DNA of 63,991 nucleotides, filler included, from Rhabdomonas costata (GCA_019059605.1; 13 parts of 13 records of this genome joined end to end with filler, not necessarily neighbours in it); one strand, 5' to 3'. Counted from the whole stretch's first letter, positions 1-12,789 are shown. Numbers and translations are program-made. Notes: generated from the letters alone by a model not told the origin.

Positions 1-3000
1 GTCAACACTTCTGTGGGTGTTTTCTGGGGAGCCACCCCTTCCCGGGCCCAGGCCACTGCGTGCACTTCATCCGCTTCTGCTTCTAGCTTGCTGGTGTGTG
101 ATCTCTCTGGAAAGTTGACGTTCAGCTCGAACACAACTGTAAACATTTCGCTTTGGTTCACTCCCGCGGAAACCACAGTGGGGCTGTGGCCTGGAAACCC
201 GGTTCTTCAGGCGAAGGCGTTCTCCAACACCACTGTTCCTTTCTCCATCATTGTCCGGGCACGTTTCTCGGCTGCTTTGGTGATCTCACAACCCAATCCC
301 CTGCTTGTCCCCGCTGGTGATGGTATCCAGTTGTTATATCGACTGTCCAGCACGGGCCCGACCACTGCCTTGGAGCTTCTGGAAGTGCCGGCCTTGCTGA
401 TTCAAGGCAAGGCCCTGTCATGGTATTCCTCGCCTTCTTCAGACCAGCCATTCAATCTGAGCCAATTGTCCCCCTGCCCTCTTAACTTGACAATGGGCAC
501 GCTGCAATGTGACCTCTCCCCAATCAGATCCATGTTTGCTGCTGCTTCTGGTGTCCTAATTTGGCTTTCCTTCACGCCAGTGAACACATCGGTGGGGCCC
601 GTAAACATCACCTTTTCGTTGACATCAGCCAACTTCTTTCTACTTCCCATTAGGCCTGCAATTACGGTGTTTGCCATGTTTGGTCTCCAGAATCTCCATC
701 TCACCCCGTTGATTAGCAATGTCTACCCCAGGGCCATGGACGCGATTGTGGTTGGGTACAAGATCGCGTCCACAGGACAGTCGCAAAGTGGAGAGATCGC
801 CTTGGTTTCTACTTACGGCGTCTCCGGTCCCTTGTACTGGGGTCCCTCCGCAACCAACACTACCGGCCTTACCCTTTGCCATCCCAATGGCACCGTGCTG
901 GTGTGCGTATTGGGGCCTCGGGTGCACTACCAACCTGGCTCCGCAGTGTCCGTGTTTTTCTTCTTCACTCCAAACACCTCGGTAAGCGGGGAGCTTCACG
1001 CGACGTTCACCTTTTTGGCAGATAACTTCCTTCCCGCCGAAGACACACCCTATATTGTCGTTCGTGGGCAGTTCGAGGTTCAGGTTTCTGTGCTGACACC
1101 CCGTCCTCTGCATCAGCAGACGGCTGTCATCATGTTCTCCGTTTGGGCCTCTGCATGGAGCGATGGAGGAGAAACCTTGTCGGTGCCAATTCTTCCTGAA
1201 CTTGGTGAATCGGTCAGATGGAGTCTGTCCAGTGTGGTGGGAAGTGCGACTATGTGCAATATGACGTTGCAGGAGTACGTGTGCACGTTGTCCGGGGTGA
1301 GATTCGGCCCAGCAGCTGCAGCAAACCTCTACCTCTTCTTCGGGCCAGTTTCCACTTCGGTCGGACCACTGCCCCTTGAAGTAAAGTTTGCCGCGTTAAC
1401 CTTTGACGCACTGACCACTTACCCCAACACTTCTCTAATTGGACTGCTGAACCCCAACCTTCTGCAACAGTTGCCTTCTTCCAGCCCCACTTCGGGAGAA
1501 CTCCAGTCGGTGCTTTTCAGCCTCTCCTCATCTGGTGACTCGTCATTTCCAGGATCTGTTGCTGCTAGTCTTCCTGTCTCTGCCGTCGAGGGATCTGTGT
1601 ATTTTTCGTTCAGTGGGGACCCGACCACGGGAGTGCCGTGCACCTTGAACTCTACTAACTTTACGTGTGATGTCACAACGCAAGACATGTATCTGACCCG
1701 GCAGCGACCTCTCCAGTTGTGGCTTTTCTTCTTCCCCAAGTTTAGCGCCCTGGGCGCCATGGAAGTTCCGGTGACGTTCCGCGCGCCATATTTTCAGTCA
1801 TCGAGCTACAAAATCGTGACCCTGGTGCAAGGCTTGCTCACGATCACGTCCCCCCTCCCGGTCGTCGAGCCCAACTTCCCAGTTGCCTTCTCTAGCTTCA
1901 ACATCACGTTCGTACTGCGCAGCACTGCGGACACATTTGGCGGCGAATGCGCCACAGTGCCCATCAGCGCCACTTCAGGTCCAGTATGGGTCACCGTGGG
2001 AGCTTCCAGGTGGGCGTGTTTGGCTGGATTGCTTGTCTGGAACTGCAGTCTAAATCAGAGGATTCGGGTTGGCAGCTCGGTGTCCGTTTTGTTGGAAATC
2101 ACTCCTTTGAACTCTACGGTTGGGTTCTGGGGAGCCAACATCGCCTTTACTGCCGCTGGTTTCGTGGTCACCTCGTATACTCCCGTTGTCTTTGTTGCAG
2201 CCTTGAACAGCTATCTTGCCATTTCAGCAACCCCAGCGGTCCCTTTGGTGGGGCAACAAGTTCACCTCTCTTTCACAACGCTGTCTTCAGGAGTTTCTAC
2301 TGTGGATGAAAGTCTCAGCTTGATTTCTGGAGTTGCCGACCTTGCCGCTCCAGTGCGCTGGAACACCATAAACACGCCTATTTCGGCGCACGCGTGCAGC
2401 CAGTCCTCCGTTGACACGACATGTCATCTGGACACCCACGGCTTTCATTTCTCTGCTACTCCGCAGACCCTGAATGCTTGGTTCACTCCAGCGACCGAGG
2501 TTGCCGGATATCAGCAGCTGGGTTATTTGGCCGCGTCTTACTTTGCCAGGTCCTATCTACCCACCAACGTGACTGTCTTGGGAACCCTCAGCGCAGTGTC
2601 GTCAGCCTTCAGAGTGGTGTCTGGCTTGCCGACAACGTTTCATGTTACGGTGACCTCGTCTGTGAATACCACACAAGGCGAGAAGGTAGTTGTCCGCCGT
2701 GGCTTAATGGGCGATATTCAGCTGTCGTGGTCGCTGGTGCCGGACCAGGTCACTGCTCAAGCTTGCGCCGTGGTCAGCTCAGAGTGGGTCGAGTGTCTCT
2801 TAAATACCACCCATTTTACCACGTCGCCTCAGAAGATCTTTTTCTGGGCTACGCCCAATGTGCTGGCACCAGGGGAGTCCCCTCAGTTCCTTTTCTCCGC
2901 TTCTGGTGTGGCCGCTACTGAACTATTGCCCTTTGCAGCCATTGGAGTCATGCAGGTCACAAATTTTGCTGTTTACCCATCACAATCGGTCTTGTCGGGA

Positions 3001-4887
3001 AGTCCCATATGGGTGAGATTTGACCTTAATGTGAGCGGGTACCGCGTAGTCAACACCCTCACAATAACGGTGCTGAGCAAGCACATTGACAGCAGTCTTG
3101 TGTGGTGGTCCCTCGTGAATTCCACGAAGGGGGGGCAGGAATGCGACCCAACCGGCTCCATCGTGACGTGCACTCTAACCCCTCTGTCATTGTCCAGCTC
3201 ACAGGGTATGACGGTTTTCCTGAGTTTTTACCCAGATCCGCTCTTTGTTGGTGCTATGGAGGCCAACATCAATGTGACGGCTCAAAACTACTTGACCAGT
3301 GTCATCGATTCTGGGATCACTGTTGAGGGGAATCTTAACCCGTTGTTCTCTCCACTGCTGGCATACCCCGAGTTTGTGGTCTCCGCGAACGTTCCCGTGG
3401 TACTCAGGTTCAGTGTCATTGCATCCTCTCCAACATACGGCGAGGCCATTATTGCGAACACGTCCAGCTTGGTCGACGGCGCGCTTTACTGGGGCCTGTC
3501 AGAGCTCAACAGAACACTTTGTCAGCCGATCGGAGCCGCGTCTCTGGTGTACTGTGACCTCCATTCTCTCGTTGAGTTTAACCCCGTCACGGTGACCCGG
3601 ATATGGCTATTCTTCTCCCCATTGAACACCACCGTGGGTCAGCTGGACCTTCCGCTGACGTGGGTGTCCCCTGGGTTCCGGAACTTCACATATGTCCCCC
3701 CTGTCCACGTCCATGGGATCTTCGGTGTCATTGTGGTTCCTCAGGCCATGGTGCTCCCTCCTGCCCTTGGGCTGCAGGGCTTCCCCTCGGGTACGTTGGT
3801 TACGGCTGTATTCAACGTTAGCTCTTCAGCACCCTCTTCCTCAGGGGAGGCGATTGTGCTGGAAGCAAACAAAGTTCAGGGAGCTTCCGCGTGGTGGAGC
3901 CTTTCGGCAGCGAATCCACAGGCCAACCCCTGCACGTTGAACTCTTCTGCAGTGGTAATTGTTTGCGACCTGAGCTCGGCCATGCACTTTACTAGTGCTG
4001 TCAAGGAGGTCTTTGTCACGGTGCTCCCCAATCTTCAGGCCCTTCGGCTGCTCCATTTGGGCTACACGTTCACTGCGAATGAGTTCACTCCAGCCCGGGT
4101 GCAGCCAGACATCTTTATCCTGGGCCAGTTCCAGATCGATCCCTCTGGAATCAAGGCAACACCATTGTTTGTCAAAGCTGGGGACGTCGTGCAATTGACG
4201 TATCCCGTTCGCGTATCCTCCACCATGAGCCCCTTGTTCAACCCATCTGTTTCCGTTCCCCCCAAAATGCTGTTGCCCAAAAATGGGCTCTCCTTGACAG
4301 TACTTGGGCAGGTTCCAACACCTGCGCCGTGCGCATTGCAGGGGCCACGATATGTGTGTGACCTGAGTGCTGTGTCCTTGGTTCCGTTTTCGGATGCCAC
4401 CCTTGTGCTTACCTTCTCTCCTGCCGCGGGAGTGCCAGGTGGGGTGTCCCCTTTCAATGTAATCTTCAGCGCACTGGCGTTTTTGACCTGGAGCCAGCCT
4501 GTGCCAATCGTCACTGTGGGAACGATGACCATTCTTGAGTCTAGCGCAATTCCTCCCATTCTGGGAAATGCTCCCGCCACTGTTTCGGTCAGCAGCGGAA
4601 GAAGCGTGGCCATGCATTACTGGCTCCGCTCCTCGCGGGATTCCGCGGGAGGCGAGCAAGTGGTGGTACCCCAAGGGCTGCATGAAGGTCCCGTATACTG
4701 GGGAACCTCTGGCAATGAGCTTTCTGCCATCCCGTGTCTCCCCACTTCAACGGGCGCTGCCAGTGCCAGGATGGTGTGCGACCTGTCTGCTTACTCCGAG
4801 CCCTTTGCAAGCCTATTCCCATACACCGACTTCTGGCTCTTCTTCCAAGCCCCGCTAAATGCCTCTGGAATGCTCACGGAGTCTTTG
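1..4887 (+). CDS. Fragment of a giant extracellular repeat protein: 13 tandem ~125-130 aa Ig-like/DUF11-like beta domains; open at both contig ends
   Basis: Frame open from base 1 to the N run with no stop or intron. Recurring motif [VL]x[WF]..C-x(6-13)-C[DT]L..[WY]LFF[TV]P..S.VG..F.A..F. Many N-x-S/T sequons, Ser/Thr/Val-rich, few charged residues. Confidence 0.85.
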
Positions 4888-4987
4888 NNNNNNNNNNNNN
4901 NNNNNNNNNNNNNNNNNNNNNNNNNNNNNNNTTAATTAATTAANNNNNNNNNNNNNNNNNNNNNNNNNNNNNNNNNNNNNNNNNNNN
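4888..4987. other. Artificial contig spacer (44 N + TTAATTAATTAA + 44 N). Also at 9863, 14870, 19847, 25014, 30009, 34970, 39924, 44864, 49825, 54747 and 59678
   Basis: The same 100-nt six-frame-stop linker occurs 12 times. A separate 141-N gap without linker lies at 21347-21487. Confidence 0.99.
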
Positions 4988-5075
4988 GGGGTTGGGTTAT
5001 TGCCTTTAGTGTTTCAGAGTAGATGGTTTGGTGTTTCGAGGGGGGGCTCGAGGATCCTGCTTGCTTCACACTAAC

Positions 5076-8000
5076 CTGGATATCGGTGAACACGATGGTG
5101 ACTAGCCCGGTTGGTGCGTTATCCAGTAAGCGGCGGGCATGCTCCCGTCTTCGGCGGCCCAGCACAAGGCAGACTACAAACCCAACCTGTGCGCAAGAAA
5201 GGGCTTCGCATGGTTCGTCCCCGACCTCCTGAGTAGTGAATGCACGTGTAAGAACGAACACTGGGGTTCAGTAAACGGTAGGGCAGGCCAAACCTCAGAA
5301 ATTTCAATTTCTGGCAAATCCGAACTTGCCTCCGGGTCGATCAGCATCTAAATCTTGAAAGCTTGCAAACAGACACATGGGATGGGGGTGACAGAATTCC
5401 TCCCATCACAGCCCCACCATCACACCATCACAGCTAATCATGGGCTGCACAGTCCAATATCTAAGATTTGAGTGAAAACTAAGGTTTAAATTAAAAATAA
5501 AATTGAAATTAAACTTAAACGGATAGGAAAAGCCCAACAGAAAAGTACCGTTGCGAGGAGGAGGGGGGCAAGAAAGCAAAAGTCTCTCTCAAAAGAGGAA
5601 TACGGAATAAGCAATTGAATTTCTTGGAGTTTAATCAAAATTGAACAACAGCGCGAAACTCAGGGGACACCCATAAATTTCCCGTCATCCAAAAGTCGAT
5701 ACTGCATGAGGCATGAGGATCCATAAACCTTTACAGACGACATCCTCAACGTTCACAGGTCCGAAAGAACGAGCAGTAACTCACAAAGAGCAAAGAGCGT
5801 AAAAACCAGGCTCCCAAAACCAATCCCAGCACCCTATCCCAATAGAAAGTGTGTCTCACACACAATTGCACAACGTAAGCGCAACAAACCATTACAAGGC
5901 ATCCTCCGCCCACGCCCACCACGAGGGCTATGATGAGGCGGAAAGGAGACGGGTCTGTGGGATTGGAGTAGCACTGTGCAAGGCCGGGGGCTGTGTTGGA
6001 GGTCCCCGCAGGGCACGGCAGGCAGGCCAGGGACCCAGCCGCCCAGTAGGTGTTGATAGTGCAGTTCACCTGAGGTTCACGAAGTATGAACTGTACCCTT
6101 TGGGGCGGAACCCAAGGTAACCACCGTAACAAGCAGCGGTTGCAAGATCCTCCCTGACATATTGTGGGAGCGATTAAAAGCGGCAATTCGATCGTTTGCT
6201 CGACCTGTTCCCTGACCATATTCCGGTGCCCACATCCCACAGTGCTATATCTCAGCAGAGAGCCTTTTACCTGTATGGGGTGGTGTGACAACACCACTAC
6301 CACCAAAACCGTACACAGACTATGCAATATACACGCCGGGCCGTCACCCGGATCCAAGGATCACTGGGATCTACATTTCTCCGCTCACCCCATCGCTAAG
6401 TTAGCTCAATTGTCCGCCTTTCGATGGCTGCATCTTAAAGTTACCGCGGACACCACAGAACCCATGAAACCTATCAGAAAACCTCTCTTTACAGATCTAG
6501 TTTCGCCCAAAACTAGATATAATCACTCGAAATAAGAGTTTCGCCAAGCCTTACAAGCCTCAGCAGACCGGTGCGTAGAGACACCAGAAACGAACGAGGA
6601 ACCCCAACCTGAGTCTGGCGGACGATGAGCAACGGCGTGGTGCTTGAGGTGATGGTCAGGGTGCCCTGGAGAGTGGGACAGTCCAGTCCACGGCCATTGA
6701 TGACCTCCAGAGCAGCCATGTGAACCTCGTAGGGGGTCACAAACGCTGAGGTGCCCGGCACGAACTTAATGAACCCAAAGCCGTCTCCTCCCTTGCACAG
6801 GTAGGTAGTGGTAACCACCGTGTAGATTCTGCGAAGAAGAAGGTTATTGGGCATGAAAACAGATCGAATTTATATTACAACTTTAGAAAATTTTCAAGAA
6901 ATTTCGAAAACTATTTTGAACAGTGGCAAAAATGAGGCACCCCACCGCCTCAAAAAAACAATCAAAGGTCAGCCAGCAAAGTGTCGCTCACTGGTCAGTC
7001 CAATGCCTCTGAGCATCACTCCGCAAGTGAACAGAGCAACAAAGTAAAGCTACAGAACAGAGCTTCGGAGAGAAGCTTCTTCTTCTTCTGACTAAGACCA
7101 AAAATGCAGGGAACAGACGGCCACTGAGTTTGCGGGTCCGTGTGAAACCCTTCCTTGTCTCACTTTTGGAGACCCTCCTTGAACGCCTTGACAACAGTGC
7201 CATTCTCCGCCTGCTGGCTACTGACGGCTTGCCTTGTGTGTATGTGTGTGTGTCGTGGTTTAACCTTCAAGAAACTCAAGCAGCACTGCAGCGCACCTGT
7301 GCTGAAGGGCAGGACAATGGAAAACGGGGCATGGGTTTGGAAGAAAAGGATCTTGTTCAATTGGACCAGAAACAGAATCGGCCGCACGTGACGCTTTGCT
7401 ACATACTGTTGTCATGTGCACGGTTTGTTTCTACTTTCAGAGTTCCGTTTTTGGCTCTGTCCTTTACCTCGTGTGCGCGCTTGAGCGAGACGAAAGAGCT
7501 GCCACCACAGAAAAAGTGCAGCATCTTCCCTTCAGCGGGGAGGAGGGGGTGGGGGGAGGCGCATACCTTTCGCGTTGAAGTGACCCCCAGGTGCCAGTGA
7601 TCTTGTCAAAGACCTGGATCGCGGTGATCCGAGTCCCGTTGAGTTTGGGGTTGTAGTCAACCGCAGATTGTGAAGCTGCGGGAAAGCCCCTGTGCTGGGG
7701 GCGTACTGAACGGTCGGCGCCTATGCCCTCCCCCCTTACACAGACGCGCAAACAAAAAAAAAGGTCCGCAAGCAAGAAGGCAGGTCAGAAAGAATAGAGC
7801 TGCTAGAGACAGCTATCGTGCGTGTGAGCGGTTGGAGAACACCCCATTTCAGAATACACCATCCCAAACCTGTCGCTTGCAACGGCAGCAGGAATTCCAA
7901 GCCACTCATACAAACGCTAGACAGCTAGTTCAAGTCCTCAACGTTAGCGAATACCGACTGCTCGACCGACCCAGCTAAAGAATCCCAATTCCGTCTCCTC

Positions 8001-9338
8001 AAGCAATCCGGGAGCAAAGGGAAGGGAAGAAGCAAGAAAGGTACAAACCCCTTTCGACACGGCGTACACCAGAATGTCATACAGTTCGAATCCGTAGACT
8101 TGAAACGTGCACACGCTGTCTGTAAAGGGGTAACTCGCCCAGATGTTCGTCAGGTTTACATTTCCTGAACACAGGCATGCAAACTACAGGCAACACCAAT
8201 GAAGGAGAAAGGAGGATACTCACCCACACATCCGCAGGCAAGGAATCCCGCAGGTGACAGGAATACAACAACAGCGGTCCAGCCCAGCAGTCCAACTATG
8301 AATCAAGCAACCGCAGCACAGCAGACAGCCATTTTCTCCAGATGACAGAAAGGAAAGAAGGCAGCATAATAGCAGGAGGAATGTAAAAAAGATGCTAATG
8401 GTAAACACCAAGAAAAAGAACAGAAGATGCCTTCGGCACCGAACAGGGGGGCAGGGGGGCGATGAAATTATCAACCCTACTCATTAGAATCACAGGCGCT
8501 TAATACGAAGTACATTCCTGAGGGTTTGAGGAACCGTTGTAGCAAGGGGTCAGCGAAGGACACACGGTCAGCACAATGCAAGCTACTGTGCAAGACCCAC
8601 GCATTCCAGAAGAGAAAAACCTGCGGGCCAGCCTGCCGCGAAGGAGCCTCCGTTAATGAACGCCACGTCAGCGTTCATGAACGCGTATAAGGTGCCGGCC
8701 CACCACGTCCCGATTTCACACTCCTGCGTGAGAATGCGGATCGGTTGGGGTAGACATGAAGGGATTGATGGACATGAAGGGACAGGTTGCACTCTCGGCG
8801 CCTGTTCCCAACAGCTTTTCTCTATACTGCCTTGTCGTATGCTTAAACACAGAATCCCACTAGCTCGAATCGAACTTCGGCAAATTTCAGACCTCAGATC
8901 AGACGTGAAGCATTGGGAAGTGGATAGGGAGAAAAGGCGAAGGATGATAAGATCAGGTGGATTGCCTGAGCCATAGGTTCCGCGGTTCTCCCTCAATAAC
9001 AATCCAGCGCAGAAAAGGGAAGCGAGCATGAGGAAAGCGAACAACCCTGTGACGGCACGTGTAAATCTTGCGCACAGTGTCAGCGGCGACGGGCACAGCG
9101 TCGGTGCAGTACCCAACCGTAACATCGTTGGCGGCGGCAAGGAGGATCTGAGCCTGCATCCACTCCAGGTCGGAGTAGTACGTGGCGTCGTTGATTGGGG
9201 TAACGGAGAAGTTTACCGGTTGTGAGATGTCGATCTCCGTGAAGGTCAGGAAGCTCTGCTTTGCCCCCCACAAGTCCAGGTCAATGTCGACAAAGGAGAG
9301 GGAGTGTTGCAGCTTGGAGCGGATGGCCACACCCGTAC
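5076..9338 (-). CDS. Receptor-type adenylate cyclase with 5'-nucleotidase-like ectodomain (partial). Exons 9338-9046, 8723-8621, 8164-8049, 7705-7567, 6828-6609, 6069-5890, 5186-5076
   Basis: GT-AG exons give CRHRECEIG..ADVAFINGGS, YPFTD..G.ELYDIL, GAFPQ..VDYNP..TRI and YTVVTTTYLCKGGDGF (5'-nucleotidase C-terminal domain motifs). These are followed by Cys-rich CLPCPAGTS, a TM helix, RRRR and NAPTGLVTIVFTDIQ (start of a class III cyclase). Apparent 1-nt frameshift near 7661. Confidence 0.8.
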
Positions 9339-9962
9339 CTGACAATAGGTATTGGCGGTTGGGTTTCCAAATCCAAATCCGAATCCTAAAATGCGTCAGG
9401 CAGGCTCCGCTCCATAGAATACTGAAGGAGCCATTGCAGAGGTTCTTTGTCTCAAACAAACACCAGCACATTGTCACATTGACGATTGCAGCAAATTGCT
9501 ATTGACGAGACCCACCTCGCTCTTGTGCAGCAGGCCTAAGACCACGAATAAGAGCTATGTCAGGCCCCACTGTTTCCACCCAAGTCCCGCAGCGCTCCCG
9601 CTCGAAGAACCGCTTCGTAGCCGTCGGGGGGCGCCAGCTGCACATAACGAACCGCGGGCAGCACTACGACACTGCGCAGCCCCTGCCGCGCTTGCGGTGC
9701 CTACCACTGAAGCTGGTTGTCCATCCATTGGTGCCCCATCCAGCTCGGCCGCTTTCCGACCGCCCCTGTGCAACCTCAGCAAAACTCCTCCGTGGGAAAG
9801 GGCCCTGTCCTCCTTCTGACCTTCCTCTGACACCCGCGGACGGCATCCTCCCCCCCCAACAANNNNNNNNNNNNNNNNNNNNNNNNNNNNNNNNNNNNNN
9901 NNNNNNTTAATTAATTAANNNNNNNNNNNNNNNNNNNNNNNNNNNNNNNNNNNNNNNNNNNN

Positions 9963-10065
9963 CAGACTCTACCACCGCGAAGGTTGGGAGACGGTTGCTG
10001 GAGGATGGCAAGAGCAGAGAAGATAAGAAGAGACCTTGACAGCTGTCGCAAGTAAAGGACGGCAT
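9963..10065 (-). CDS. LYAR-type zinc-finger nucleolar protein, 5' end (exon 10065-10035, 66-nt GT-AG intron, exon 9968 to contig edge)
   Basis: Spliced product MPSFTCDSCQES fits the LYAR N-terminal pattern M.xF.C..C.ES. Confidence 0.6.
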
Positions 10066-10752
10066 TTCCTGCTTGCTGGAATAAGCCAATAGACACACGG
10101 AAGAGGCGCGGATGAAGAGAGGACGAAACAAAAGCAACAACACAACACAAATTAAAAACGGAGCCTGCGTGGGAACCACACCCAATACCAATACTCACTC
10201 ACCACTCCAGAAATTGCGCACCAAAGGTATGATCCCCAACATCGCTGGCAAAACACGTGACGAAGGAAGGCCCAGTAGTGTCAGCGGGAGATGCTTACCC
10301 AACCCCAACCAACCAGCAGTTAACCCAAGCGTGACTTCCAGAACGCTAGCGTTCGAGGAGTTGCGAAAGGGTTGTGGTTTCGGAGCTGATTCGAGGTCGC
10401 AGCAAAAATTGCCCTTCTTCTTTCTTTCACAGCTCAGTCGTTGCCGTGAAGGCCAAAATCCAGTCTCTGACATGAAGAGAAACACCAAAATTTGCTGAGT
10501 TATGAGGACAAGCCACGGACCGCGGTCTCGGGATACAGACTTTCTTTTTTTGAAAGGTGAAGGCCCCAAAGCTCCAAGCTCACCACATACACACTATACA
10601 AACTGTTGTCTACAAGAGTGAGAGACAGTCCCACACGACATGCATAGCCTGGACATGAAGAGCACAGGCCATCACATGGAAAGAAGCAGAATGAATGCAC
10701 CCCGCACAACCAACCACTAGCCCCGGCCTTTTTGGTCAGCCCGTGCTCCTCA

Positions 10753-11485
10753 CTATGATGGCACAGGCTTCTCGGCAGGCTCGGCCGCCTGGGGGCTGGG
10801 AATGGACCGAGGTAGGCTGGCCGTGGGCACCGAGGAACACAGAGGCGCAGTGGGCACCTGTGAACCACCCCACCCGCACTTTCCAGATGGGCATCGGAAT
10901 ACAGGTGAAACGGGTACTCGAGGAGGGGGGGGAGTATTTTCAAAAATAGTGGTAACCAATAGCAAAGTATGGTCTCTGGACAGTATGGTCTCTGCGATCA
11001 ATGTACAGCGGTATAATATCATTCCTCAAAAGAGGGAGAGAGAGAATTTTCCTCCTCTAGATACTCGCACGCCAACAGCAGTACTCCACATGCAATCCTC
11101 CACACTGCCTCAACACTCACACCAGAGATGCAGTAGCACATTAGAACGATGCTGCGGAAGACGCGGTTGTCCCATATGGAAGGAATGGGGAGGGGAAAAC
11201 CTCTGTCTTGGGCTGCTGCTGCTTTTGCAGCTGCAAGGCCTTTGCGGGGTCTATGGGCTCGTAGTCCCCGGTGAGGCCATTGATGATCGCTCGGCGGACC
11301 TCCAGGTTGAGTCTGTGGGTGGCGACGTCCGCCGGGCTGTCCCCCATTCGGCTTCGAAGATTCACATCTATGTGTGTGCAACCCGGAAGGAGTGGGCGTG
11401 GGCGGGCGGTCTGGTCTATTAGTGTGTGTGTGTGTGGGGGACGTTATAGGGTCACCGTTATGGCAAATCTGAGGGGCAGAGGTCC

Positions 11486-11520
<35 letters not shown>

Positions 11521-12789
11521 AATATCAATTCAACATGGCGATTCTCTCGAAACGTTGCGTGGCCAGTCCTTGCACCCTGTATCCACTTGCCCCTGGACGG
11601 CTCTTCAAATCTTTTGCGGCTCCTTTCCGCAGCGCAGAGTATGTACAATAAACCCATACCCTTCCCCACACCACTCTTTATGCCCGCAAACGACTGTAGC
11701 TTGAGAGAGAGAGGGGGGGGAGCAGGGGAAGAGAAGACATCGGCGCCTACCACCTGCCCCGCGGGAAACAAGCAGCTGAGCGCACCGCGCTTGCCCCCTG
11801 CGGGCGGTCCAGTGCAGTGCACTCTGCCCATAGCTGTCTCCTTGGTCAACCAGGGCCCCTGAGGGAGATATCCAAAGGGCATCCACAAGGCAGCACAGAA
11901 ACTGCAAACAAGCTCGACAAGTGTGGCCATCCAAAAAGACGGAACAGATGTGTCGGGTCGACATTAATGTGTTTTGACGTTAGGCCTGCACAAAAAGGGA
12001 AGGAGACCAAATAGTGGTCCATACAAATTCGGGAGTACTTGAGACACTGCGGTCCGCAGCGTTGGAGGGCTTGACATTACCCTTGACATTACCCAACCCT
12101 TACTGACGGAATTGGAGCAACGCAGCCTGCAGTTACATCAGCCTATTTGGATTTCTGGGATTTTTGCTCAAGCCAGTGGTTCACGTCGGCCGAAGGGTTG
12201 GTGTTAATAGCGCGGGCCAATGGAAGATAGCTGGGGAAATGGGGAAAGACGGCATACCGTTGTTCAGCAAGACCTCAGCGATTTGGTGGTGGCCACTCTC
12301 GCAGGCGTAGATCAGCGCAGCTTGTCCCCTGTTGTTACACACACGCACTCACAGAGTCAGTTGAGGGCGGCTGTTCGTCATCACAGACAGAGGTATCATT
12401 TGCCTATTTACGGAACGCGAGCAAACATACACAACTGTCAAAGAAGAGAACATATATTTTGGTGACTGCTAATTGCAAGCAGCTGAGGGCATGATCTCAC
12501 CAGAAAAAAAATATGAAAAGTGTCAAAAATGAGCAACACCCCAGAGCGGGCCATCCTTTCCGTTCTGTCAGCACCATCCAACTGTTGGAAATAGGGGAGC
12601 CACGTAAATTGCTCAAGGGGCGTGCTTTGCTGGAGTGGTGGAGGGCGTGTTTTTCTGGAGGGTTGCGAGCCTGTGCTTGAGGTTGGGATCGAAGCCCTGC
12701 CCCAGAAGCCGCACCACCTGCTCCAGGTCTCCAGCCTGGGAGGCCAGGCAGAGCTTCTCCGCTTTCACTATGGATGATTCCTCAGCCAT
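10753..12789 (-). CDS. Ankyrin-repeat protein, apparently complete. Exons 12789-~12671, ~12328-12258, 11858-11754, 11367-11201, 10857-10753
   Basis: LCLASQAGDLEQVVRLLGQGFDPN, GQAALIYACESGHHQIAEVLLNNGA, GQSALHWTARRGQARCAQLLVSRGADVN, then a Pro/Ser-rich tail. Introns 2-4 are GT-AG and phase-consistent; intron 1 lacks a GT donor. Confidence 0.85.
11489..11518. repeat. (GT)15 microsatellite, intronic
   Basis: Perfect dinucleotide run. Confidence 0.95.

Noticed and set aside
3841-4683. Long antisense and alternate-frame ORFs overlapping the giant repeat genes
   Set aside because: Shadow ORFs of GC-rich coding sequence with no recognisable motifs.
4932-4943. TTAATTAATTAA palindrome recurring about every 5 kb
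   Set aside because: Artificial six-frame-stop linker inside N spacers, not a biological repeat or CRISPR.
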